Source: Candidatus Thorarchaeota archaeon (GTDB lineage: Archaea; Asgardarchaeota; Thorarchaeia; Thorarchaeales; Thorarchaeaceae). Taken from it: a DNA stretch of 64,000 bases. The stretch's first letter is position 1, and each line of letters begins with the position of its first letter. Below are positions 38,810 through 47,708 of this stretch, piece by piece. The notes beneath the pieces are model-generated. The model saw only the letters and a program-made list of their open reading frames with translations. It searched no databases and was not told the DNA's origin. Where the stretch lies: positions 194,327-258,326 of the forward strand of contig DXJO01000006.1 in assembly GCA_019057475.1 (NCBI GenBank). The letters are read 5' to 3'. A program made the position numbers and the translations under genes.

Positions 38810-39334
38810 TTGGTATTCGCCATGAGTCCATCATACTTGTTTAAAATCGTTACAGTAGGCGGAGCGGCCGTGGGAAAGACCTCGATAATTCTGCGTTATA
38901 CAACGGGGAAGTTTCGCGAATACTATTCCCCTACGCTGGGAGCAGATTTCGCCATTAAGACAATGGAGTTAAATGGCAACAGGGTCAAGCTTCAAATTTG
39001 GGATTTGGGGTCCCAAGATTTCCTAGGAGGCGTTCGAGCGGGATTCTATCCAGGGTCAAAAGGCGTGCTCTTTATGTACGATGTTACTTCCAGAGAGAGC
39101 TTTGAGGAATTGACCAAGTGGAAAAAGGAAGTTGACTCACACCTCAAGGGATACGAACGTCTTATCGTGGCCAATAAGACAGATCTCAAGGATGAGCGAG
39201 TTGTGTCAAAAGCAGAAGGCAAGAAGATTGCAGAACGTTTCGGTGGAGCCTATCTCGAAGCCTCAGTGAAGCTAAACGAAAACGTGGACGACAGCTTCAG
39301 CGAAATGGCTAAGATGGTCCTCGATGCGCGATAA
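38810..39334 (+). CDS. Rab-like small GTPase (Asgard type)
   Basis: G1 GGAAVGKTS, PTLGADF, KLQIWDLGSQ, ANKTD, EASVK; no C-terminal Cys motif. Likely start ATG 38822. Confidence 0.93.
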   Translation: MVFAMSPSYLFKIVTVGGAAVGKTSIILRYTTGKFREYYSPTLGADFAIKTMELNGNRVKLQIWDLGSQDFLGGVRAGFYPGSKGVLFMYDVTSRESFEELTKWKKEVDSHLKGYERLIVANKTDLKDERVVSKAEGKKIAERFGGAYLEASVKLNENVDDSFSEMAKMVLDAR

Positions 39335-39559
39335 TGCTCATGCGAACTAGGGACCGCCTGGTTCACAAGTCTTATTAGTAAAGCAACGGACTGTACTAGG
39401 GACCGACTATTACTCTAGTCCGGCACTTTGACGTGATGTAAACTTGATTGCAGACATAGATGTAGAGGCGAATGTAGAAGCAAGACAGGACAATATCGGA
39501 CCATCCGGGTGGATGACTATCTCTAATGTGAGCTGGACACCCAGCAAACTGATGATAGA

Positions 39560-40351
39560 GTGGTATACTATCCTAACAGGCATGTGGAATATTCTTGTCT
39601 TCTAGGTGTACTTGGAGGACTGCCGTCGTTGACAAGAACAGATCCAGAAGATCTTGACAAGCTGTTCAAGGCCCTTGGTCACATTACTAGAAGACGCATA
39701 TTGCGGCTTTTGGCACAAACCCCAAGATACCCATATGAGCTAAGCAAGCTTCTGGAGCTAAACAGACGAGTGGTGCTGAAGCACTTAGACGCACTGCAGG
39801 ACGCAGCTCTCGTAGAACGCGAAGCGGGTGACAGTGATCTAGGTCCGGACAGGATATATTACCGCCTAAAAGCAAGTTTCGGTCTGTCAACTACAATATC
39901 GCCAAACGCATTCCTGATGCGATTCACCCAAAGGCAGCATCCTGCCGCACTTGCTTCACATCCAAGCTTTGTCATACGCGACACAGATTCTGATGTGAAG
40001 GCTGTACGTAGACTCCTTGGGGAGTTAGACAAGACGCACAAGCAACTGAGCGCTATTGACGAGGAGAGAATGCGCCTTGCGTCCATTCGTGCGGAGATAA
40101 TTCGACGCATTGAAGGGGTAATGAACGAGTGTAAGTGGGATCGAGAGAGCTGTCAGCGTGTGAGGGCGCTCATTAACCCAGTTCGCATGAGCGTTCCTGT
40201 TGAAACGACAACAGGAAAGGATCCGTGGTCAGAGTCGATTCGTGAGGCGCTAAACCTGTTTGAGAAGATGTTCAGTCTGCCAAGAAAACCGAGGGACCTA
40301 GAGAAGAAGGATGACCTGACTGAGAAGGATGTACCAATAGAATTCGAGTGA
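39560..40351 (+). CDS. ArsR-type winged-helix transcription regulator with coiled coil
   Basis: FKALGHITRRRILRLL...YELSKLL...VLKHLDAL..AALV. Probable start TTG at 39629. Confidence 0.88.
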   Translation: MVYYPNRHVEYSCLLGVLGGLPSLTRTDPEDLDKLFKALGHITRRRILRLLAQTPRYPYELSKLLELNRRVVLKHLDALQDAALVEREAGDSDLGPDRIYYRLKASFGLSTTISPNAFLMRFTQRQHPAALASHPSFVIRDTDSDVKAVRRLLGELDKTHKQLSAIDEERMRLASIRAEIIRRIEGVMNECKWDRESCQRVRALINPVRMSVPVETTTGKDPWSESIREALNLFEKMFSLPRKPRDLEKKDDLTEKDVPIEFE

Positions 40352-40378
40352 CTATGCTTTGTTCACACTCAGCTCAGT

Positions 40379-40753
40379 TCATAACCCAAGCTGCTTCTTT
40401 ATGACAGCTAGAAGGTTCTTCCCTGAGAATGGTTTGACTATGTATTCGTCAGCTCCAACTTGACGACCTCTTTCAATGTCTCGACTAAGACCCTTAGCAG
40501 TGAACATGACGATACGAACATCTTTGAAGTCAGGGTCACTCCTTAGCTCCTCACACACATCGAAACCATCCTTCTGGGGGAGCACGATATCTAGAAGAAT
40601 AAGGTCCGGTTTCTCGGCCCGCGCAACCTCAAGAGCCTCTACTCCATCATAGGCAAAGACCACTTCAAAGTCGTGGGGTTCTAGGAATGCCTGAACAAGC
40701 TGAGTCGTGATGCGCTCGTCATCGACTATGAGGATTTTTTTCCTATTCGTCAT
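40379..40753 (-). CDS. Stand-alone response regulator (receiver domain)
   Basis: ILIVDDE, LILLDIVLP..DG, FTA, YIVKPF. Confidence 0.95.
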   Translation of the reverse strand: MTNRKKILIVDDERITTQLVQAFLEPHDFEVVFAYDGVEALEVARAEKPDLILLDIVLPQKDGFDVCEELRSDPDFKDVRIVMFTAKGLSRDIERGRQVGADEYIVKPFSGKNLLAVIKKQLGL

Positions 40754-40858
40754 TCTCTACCACCACTACGCATTTCGCTCTAATTCACTCTTCTCCTCAT
40801 CATCTATATACCAATTGGGGTGCATAATCGTGGGACATTTCTATCAGTTCCAACAGCC

Positions 40859-41394
40859 TTATCGACCAAGGGTATCTGATCGGAATATTTCCATCATTAC
40901 GCTGACCACATGTTTTCCATCAATGTAGAACTGTTGATGTGCAGTTCCGTACTCAACGAAACCCAGTTTCAGGTATACTTTCTTTGCACGCTTATTGAAG
41001 GAATGAACGCCTAGCTCTAGTCTTCAAAGATTGATGTGCTTCCAGCAGAAGTCGATAAGCAGCTCCATCGCTTCTGTTCCATATCCCTTACCCCAGTTCT
41101 CAGGCTTATGGACAACAATCCCTAATCGCCCATTTCTTGAGATCCACTCGATGTCATGAACCGCCAATGTACCCAGGAATGCATCATCAGATAGGCGTTC
41201 AATTGCGAATGCAAACAGCTTCTGCCGCTTCATGTCATCTTGCACGGACTGAAGCCAATCTACCTCCGATTGCCTGCTGTGCGGGATGACACCTGCTAGG
41301 AATCGTCTCATTTCGGGATTGTTCCAATTCTCTATTATTTGATCTAGGTGCGCCTTTTCAAGTACAACAAGCCGTACTAGTTCCCTTCAAACAT
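40859..41394 (-). pseudogene. RimJ/RimL family GNAT acetyltransferase pseudogene
   Basis: Reconstructs to MFEG[frameshift at 41381-41382]LVRLVVLEKAHL...WGKGYGTEA...HINL*(TGA 41024-41026)RLELGVHSFNKRAKKVYLKLGF...; stop at 40859. Confidence 0.88.
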
Positions 41395-42435
41395 GGGTTT
41401 CACTTAGCGCGATTGTGCTATTTGGTGGATATGACTGTTTCCACACTGAATCCTACATCGCATCCAAGCCGTTTGACCAGGGCAAATAGCATAAACTCAA
41501 CACGTCCTATCACTCAATTTTCATGTCCAAATTCATGCTTCACCCCTACAAATCACTTCCTACCTGAGTCGGCAGATATCATATTCATTCAAACAATTAT
41601 TGTAGGTATTTTTTACTGAGCGGTATTGTATCAATCAAACACCTAATTATTTCACTGTGCGTTACACTATATTGTATTGCCTTTGCTTGGTTGATATTGT
41701 ACCATATGGGGGCATATTCTCATAACCATTATTTGTATTTTATTGCTCCAATGGTTATAGTACTCTTTGTAGTAAACGCGCTTCGTAACCGATTAACAAC
41801 ACTTTCATCTACTAATGGGATCTCTTCATTTTACTCCTCATACCCAGAAACTAGGTTATACAGTCTATAACAATAAAGAGTGTCCAAATAAGCCGGGTTA
41901 TCCTCGGTGGAAGCTACCAGTACACGGTAACTGAGTACAGCTGTAGGTGATGGATGGGTCAAGATGAACTATCCGTATTCGACAAATGGATACAGCATAA
42001 TTCGTCATCTACCATAAGGAATGCCATGATCGTGAGTAGACCATTACAAGCTTCAAGTATATGATAGTGACCGGATTGAGAAATGCATACGGTTGGTACA
42101 AAGATGCGGCTATCACTGCCTCCAAAAAGATAAATTTGAAGGCAATGGAGGAATGAAAAAAGAAAAAAAGGGGCACGAAAGTGATGGTCGCATGTGAGCG
42201 AAACCTTTCGAAAAATCGACAGGTTCTGAGTGACAAAAGTGAGCGATAAAAATACGGATCAAAAGTCAAATGGCAAAGCGAAGAGCTTTACCATGGGATG
42301 CCTAACCCAATATAGTTTATATCGTTAAACAGGAGCTAAGCAATCAGCGCGCAATGACTGCAGGGACTACATGAACTATCTTCAGCAAGCGACAACGTAG
42401 AAACAGTCTACGAGCGTACAGGTAGGCAAGAGAGT

Positions 42436-42798
42436 ATGGTCACAGTATTCATCATCGATGACGAAGCTATCCTGCATCGGCTTTACAAGGACGTTTTCGC
42501 AATCAAGGGACATCAAGTGATTGCTGACGCATACGATGGTACTGAGGCCGTAGACAAATTCAAGCAGATGGACCCAAAGCCCGATGTTATCATTCTAGAC
42601 CATCGAATGCCCAATAAAGACGGACTCGAAGCAATGTCAGATATCCTGGCGTTAGATCCAAAGGCCCGCATAGTGTTCATTAGCGCAGATGCCAATGTGA
42701 GAGAATCTGCAATGACTAGCGGGGCCTCGAGTTTTGGCCTGAAGCCGGTGACCATCAGACACATGCTTGACTTGGTTGAGAGTGCAGTAGAGGAATAA
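42436..42798 (+). CDS. Stand-alone response regulator (CheY-like)
   Basis: VFIIDDE, IILDHRMP.KDG, ISAD, LKP. Confidence 0.93.
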   Translation: MVTVFIIDDEAILHRLYKDVFAIKGHQVIADAYDGTEAVDKFKQMDPKPDVIILDHRMPNKDGLEAMSDILALDPKARIVFISADANVRESAMTSGASSFGLKPVTIRHMLDLVESAVEE

Positions 42799-42808
42799 GA
42801 GTGCTCAG

Positions 42809-43246
42809 ATGGGTCATTCAGGTATCCTTGAACATCATCTCGGAGGCATGATTATTTTGTCGGACAAGCCTGAGATGAGAGTAGTAATAGCATGTGATGT
42901 ACCGTTACTCGGAGCGTTATTGCGCCTGTCGATTGAGGATGCAGGTTTTGAGGTTGTCAGAGAGGTTTCCCAGAGCACTGAACTGCTTGTAGCGGTGAGT
43001 CAACATGAACCTGACATTGTCATTCTGGACCTGGAGCTCCCTGAAATGGAGCACATTAGACTCATAGAGAGTATCCTTGACCTTGACTCAACCCTTGCGA
43101 TTGTAACCGTTTCTAATCTCAATGATGATCTGGGCGAGATGGTTTTCGCCGCAGGTGCGAGAGCATTTCTTCGAAAGCCTTTCAGCATGTATGATTTAGT
43201 TGACATTGTCAGGAAGGTTGCACCCGTTCATCGAAGTCACCGTTAG
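42809..43246 (+). CDS. Stand-alone receiver-domain protein, partly degenerate acidic pocket
   Basis: VVIACD (DD replaced by CD), VILDLELP, GARAFLRKPF. Confidence 0.88.
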   Translation: MGHSGILEHHLGGMIILSDKPEMRVVIACDVPLLGALLRLSIEDAGFEVVREVSQSTELLVAVSQHEPDIVILDLELPEMEHIRLIESILDLDSTLAIVTVSNLNDDLGEMVFAAGARAFLRKPFSMYDLVDIVRKVAPVHRSHR

Positions 43247-43417
43247 ACCTTGGTACAGCGGAATATGATTCAAATGGAATGTGTTCAATCACATGTTAAG
43301 CGATGTATTGGTAGTGCCTTCTGGTCCTAGCTGCATGCGGATAAACCCACTAGAACCTTAAATTGAGTGTTTGCGGGTTTTCGGAAGGTCCCATCCGATA
43401 GATAATTGGTGTAAGAA

Positions 43418-44983
43418 TTGATACCCGAATTCGCGATGCATGAGTATGGACTAGATTCCTCCGAGATAGAGGAACTTGAAAGAAGCTTGGCCACAGCCAT
43501 AAGGACAGGAAAGGACCGATTCATGGCATTTACCGACATCCTGGTTGAGCATGTTAGGAGCAGTGAATGGAAAGACAAGAGTCCCAGTTTCGTGACTATG
43601 TGCGCAAAGGCATCCTTTCTTCGAGGACTGTACAGCTACAATCAAGTCTTGGCCAAAGGAACCCCGAATATAGCTTGCAAAGGATACGCCGCGGCTGCCA
43701 ATTGCAAACAGAGCCTAGACCCGCGATGGATGAACAATCTGCGAAACTATGTGAATCAGGCGTGGCAAGCACGAGACCACATCGTATTCGCAGAGCTTTC
43801 GGGTCTGCTTGCGTCAATACTCATGGATCTTGGTTATGCTGATCATGCTAAAGCAGTAGCTTTTGAGAGCATTGAAAAAGTAACAATGACAACGAGCAAG
43901 AATGCCGAGATACGCAATAGAGTCCAGGCAGCACTGCTTAGACCACGGATTATGCTTGCGTCGATATCGCGAGAATCTGAACCTAGGGAGGAAGTCTTGA
44001 TTCGGTTGGATGCAGCAGAAGAGGCTGCGAAACACCTTGACCATCAACTAGCGCTTACAGACATCAGCTATCAAAGAGCCAGAGTCATGGAAGAAGTCAA
44101 CGAGTACGAAAAGGCAATGGACCTGGCTATCTCCGCTCTTCGGATGTATGAGCGAATGGGTTACCTACAGGGTGTAGCCAATGCACGAAATATCAGGGGA
44201 GTGGTCTTTCTGGACCGTGGCGAAGTGCAGGATGCCAGAGACCAGTTTGAGGAAGTCTTGGGGATTCAGCAGCAGCTAAACAACCAAATCGGAGTGGCCA
44301 ACTCCTTCATCAATGTTGGAGAAATCGACCGGGTTTTGGATCAGTTTGACCAGATGGAAACATACAATCGCAAGGCGCTGGAAATAAGCCAAGAAGCAGA
44401 GTACATGAGGGGAATCGCGATTTCCAAGATCAACCTTGGTGATGTTGCATTGAGACGCGGCGGCATAGACGAGGCCATTGAGCTTTACGAAGAAACGATA
44501 TCATTGGCTGAGAGCTCAGGAATGAAAGATCTCTTGTGTTTCGTTCTTTTCTTAGCGGGGGATGCCCACTTCTTGAAGGGAGAGTTCGATAGCGCACTCG
44601 AACTATATCACAAGGCAAAGGAATTCTCAGCTGAAACAGGACACTCGGTACATTCATTCACCGCAGATGTAAGCGAGTTGATGACTACTTGGGCTCGCGA
44701 GGAAAGGCCAAGCGCAGAGCTGCTTGAGTCAGTGAAATCCATTGTAGGACCAAAATCGAAGTGGCTAGAGAAAAAGGATGCTTCCATGATGCGAGATTTG
44801 TACCAGATTGTGGTGGAGGATCCTTCCGTCGAAACTGAGCTTTGCGTCTTCTATGATGGGGAAATGAATTTCCAGTGTCGCGTGGAACGCAAGTCCCTCA
44901 AGAAGGAGTGTTTTGGCAATCTGTTTTGGATGGGGGGTCTCTGCAAACACTTCAAGGAGTTCCTTGAATCACTAGACAGCTAG
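43418..44983 (+). CDS. Tetratricopeptide repeat protein with Cys-rich C-terminus
   Basis: Several TPR units (GVANARNIRGVV, GIAISKINLGDV); four Cys near the C-terminus. Confidence 0.85.
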   Translation: MIPEFAMHEYGLDSSEIEELERSLATAIRTGKDRFMAFTDILVEHVRSSEWKDKSPSFVTMCAKASFLRGLYSYNQVLAKGTPNIACKGYAAAANCKQSLDPRWMNNLRNYVNQAWQARDHIVFAELSGLLASILMDLGYADHAKAVAFESIEKVTMTTSKNAEIRNRVQAALLRPRIMLASISRESEPREEVLIRLDAAEEAAKHLDHQLALTDISYQRARVMEEVNEYEKAMDLAISALRMYERMGYLQGVANARNIRGVVFLDRGEVQDARDQFEEVLGIQQQLNNQIGVANSFINVGEIDRVLDQFDQMETYNRKALEISQEAEYMRGIAISKINLGDVALRRGGIDEAIELYEETISLAESSGMKDLLCFVLFLAGDAHFLKGEFDSALELYHKAKEFSAETGHSVHSFTADVSELMTTWAREERPSAELLESVKSIVGPKSKWLEKKDASMMRDLYQIVVEDPSVETELCVFYDGEMNFQCRVERKSLKKECFGNLFWMGGLCKHFKEFLESLDS

Positions 44984-45527
44984 GAAGTTCTGGAACAATC
45001 GCAGGCAATCCTATTTTCGACAGCAAACCTTGATGTTCTCTGCATTTCTTGGAGTAAACGATAGAGCTTAAGGAATTCACGGTTTCCTTGCATCGTTTTA
45101 CGCGTTAAGGAGCATCGCTGTGTATTACAAGGTCCAATATACTAGGCAGCCACTGCACAAGTCAGAAGTAAACGATACTTATTGGCGAAGTGCATTCGCA
45201 ATCAAGTGTATTCCCAAGTTTCCTCCTACTTCGAGTCGAGAACGACTTTCTATCAGATTGGGTGCCGGATGTACTGATTTTTGCTAACGTGTACTATTAG
45301 CACCAAAACAAACATGCGTGTACTGGAGCTGAAGAAGAACGGCGCGTTTTTCCTAGGTGTCGTTCGACTCCTTGGGCAAGATGTGGATGTGTTTCCCAGT
45401 ACACGCGACCATCTATTCCCTCATGAGTCTAGAACATAACGTTTACTCGCATTCTTGGGTTGAAAGAAGTCAAGAATCAACAGGACTAATGTTTTATGTC
45501 TGATTCCATTGACCGCGAAGGGATACT

Positions 45528-46766
45528 ATGTCCAATGTTGATATCCCTATTGTGATCATTGGTGCGGGGCCAGCAGGTCTAACTGCCGCTAGAGTGCTAA
45601 CCGAACTGGACATTGATTACATTCTACTGAGCAGGGAGAAGGTGCCAGGAGAAAATAAGGCGTGTGCGGGCTTCATACCATCCAGCGCTCTTCGCGATTT
45701 TGACATAAGCACTTTTCCTGGAGCACATCCAGTAACAACAGTGCGCATGAAGTTCCCAAGACAAGATATGAAGACAGTGGAATTTGGAGCAAAGGTTGGC
45801 GTAAACGCCAGTCGCGCAGACCTTGGTATGACGATGTTGAAGTATGTTGGCGCGGGTAGTGGAGAGATACGTTTCCAGACTGAGGTAGGGCATGTATCTG
45901 TCAAGAAATCTGGGTGTGAGATGACACTCCATAAACAAGGACAATTCGAGAAGTTGACGTCAGAGATTGTGATTGATGCTAGCGGCGTAAACCCCGTATC
46001 ACTCAAGACGGTACAATTGCGAGAGCGGCTTCCTGATCATCTTATGGGCTACACAGCTCAGTATCAAATGCGAAGACCTTCATCAATGGGCTCTCTGAAT
46101 GGAGTAAATGATTTCTACTATGGAAGCGATTTTTCACCCAGCGGATACGCCTGGGTGTTCCCCCGCGGGCATGATATTGCAGTGGGTACAGGGGGACTGC
46201 TAAGGTCCTTCAAGGAAGAAAAGAAGCGCATGTTCGACTACCTTGAGCACCTTGTTTCTCATGATGATTCTGCTAAAGCGACCCTTGAGAACGCAGAGGT
46301 TGTCAAGAGGGAATCAGCATTAGTTCCTCTTGCAGGCGTTGTGCAACCCTCATTTACGGATCGGCTCATGCTTGCTGGTGATGCGGCGGGTCATTGTTGC
46401 CCCATAACAGGAGAGGGAATCCATTACTCGATGATAGGGGGAAGGAAAGCAGCACAGACAGCTGCACAAGCGGTAAGAAAGCGGGACTACTCAGCTGGCG
46501 TCCTATCCAAGTACGAAAAAGACTGGATCAAAGCGATTGGCTCGAACCTCAAATGGGGACTGTGGTTACAGCAAAGGATGGTAGGGTCCAGTTCTGGTGG
46601 ACTTGGGACAAGTCTAGTGGGGTCCGACAGGAGCCGCAAGCTCATCGCCGAGATGCTTGTTGGTGCCCGGTCTGTAAGAGCTACTCTTCTTGCAGCAGCC
46701 CCCACATACATGGCCAAGAAACTGCAACGCAAATTACAGCACCCTGCCCCACATCATGGTGGCTAG
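45528..46766 (+). CDS. Geranylgeranyl reductase family FAD oxidoreductase
   Basis: IIGAGPAG, KACAG, PSGYAWVFP, LAGDAAG..P.TGEGI. Confidence 0.92.
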   Translation: MSNVDIPIVIIGAGPAGLTAARVLTELDIDYILLSREKVPGENKACAGFIPSSALRDFDISTFPGAHPVTTVRMKFPRQDMKTVEFGAKVGVNASRADLGMTMLKYVGAGSGEIRFQTEVGHVSVKKSGCEMTLHKQGQFEKLTSEIVIDASGVNPVSLKTVQLRERLPDHLMGYTAQYQMRRPSSMGSLNGVNDFYYGSDFSPSGYAWVFPRGHDIAVGTGGLLRSFKEEKKRMFDYLEHLVSHDDSAKATLENAEVVKRESALVPLAGVVQPSFTDRLMLAGDAAGHCCPITGEGIHYSMIGGRKAAQTAAQAVRKRDYSAGVLSKYEKDWIKAIGSNLKWGLWLQQRMVGSSSGGLGTSLVGSDRSRKLIAEMLVGARSVRATLLAAAPTYMAKKLQRKLQHPAPHHGG

Positions 46767-46948
46767 TCTGTGCATTTTGCTCTTGCTCGATGATAAATGG
46801 ATTAAGAGGAGATTCCAAGCATATTCTTCAGGACTATCTGGAAATTCCAAAAGAGAAGTGAAAGCAGACCCGCCAACCTAATGCTTTTCGTTGACGGGCC
46901 AGCTTGGAGAGTGGACGTTGAGATAGAGAATGGACAGTTCTACAAGTT

Positions 46949-47221
46949 TTAGGATCCTGCAGTTCCCCGCATCTTGTGAACAATGAAGCATTTCTGACGA
47001 TAAGCCTGTTCGTCAAGATCAGTGATGTAATTCTCCAGTTGCTTGACCCTGGTGAACTCTGCCTCAATACCTAGATCTCGAACCGTGAGCATTGCTTTCT
47101 TATTCTCGATTCGGACGTAAACGCCGCCCAAACCGACATTGTGTTTCATGTATACTGGCTCGTCCTGGTTCTTGACCCTGTAGAAGCCTTGTCTCCTGAG
47201 CATTCGTGTGAACATCATCAT
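46949..47221 (-). CDS. Small hypothetical protein (about 90 aa)
   Basis: GGGAGG upstream of ATG 47221; protein-like composition from MMMFTRMLRRQGF. Confidence 0.65.
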   Translation of the reverse strand: MMMFTRMLRRQGFYRVKNQDEPVYMKHNVGLGGVYVRIENKKAMLTVRDLGIEAEFTRVKQLENYITDLDEQAYRQKCFIVHKMRGTAGS

Positions 47222-47708
47222 TTTGTCTTGGCCCTCCCGGCGGTTGACAAGAAAATGGTAAACGCTAACCGCAATATAAACCCATTCGGTTTTGATGTGT
47301 AAACGCGCCATATCGAACTGGAAGCTCAATCCGCAAATACAGTGGTGCAGAAGCTTCCAAGGCCTATTCTGTGCAGTTTCCCGCGTTTTCCTGCGCATTT
47401 GTAAGACGATTATTCTCTTCCATTAGCTAATTAGCTAGGAAATGGCGCGAATTAATGCTGCGTGTACAAATCAGTAGAAAGTGGAATCTTCAATTGACAT
47501 GCAGCGTGTACACAGACGTTCTAAGATGGTGTACAGATTTCGAATCTTAGCTAGGGCTTGAGACCGGTTCTTCTGTCTCATACGCTGGATTTGAAGCGAT
47601 TTGTGGCTCAATTCAGCTGTAAAAGAATGATTTGCGCAGCAACCCTCGGTACACCAAGGACTATAGAATGCAAACCATTGAAGGTAAGCCGGATTGCGTT
47701 GGTTCGAC

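Noticed and set aside
39505-39562. SECIS-like or C/D-box-like element (ATGA...gctgg/ccagc...CTGATGA)
   Set aside because: The GA quartet register does not fit and no Sec-type TGA exists in the upstream operon.
41024-41026. Selenocysteine TGA in the GNAT gene
   Set aside because: The position corresponds to a likely Arg rather than Cys, and the gene also has a frameshift.
45350-45376. tRNA (GTTCGACTCC T-loop-like word)
   Set aside because: No 5-bp T stem, D arm or acceptor stem.
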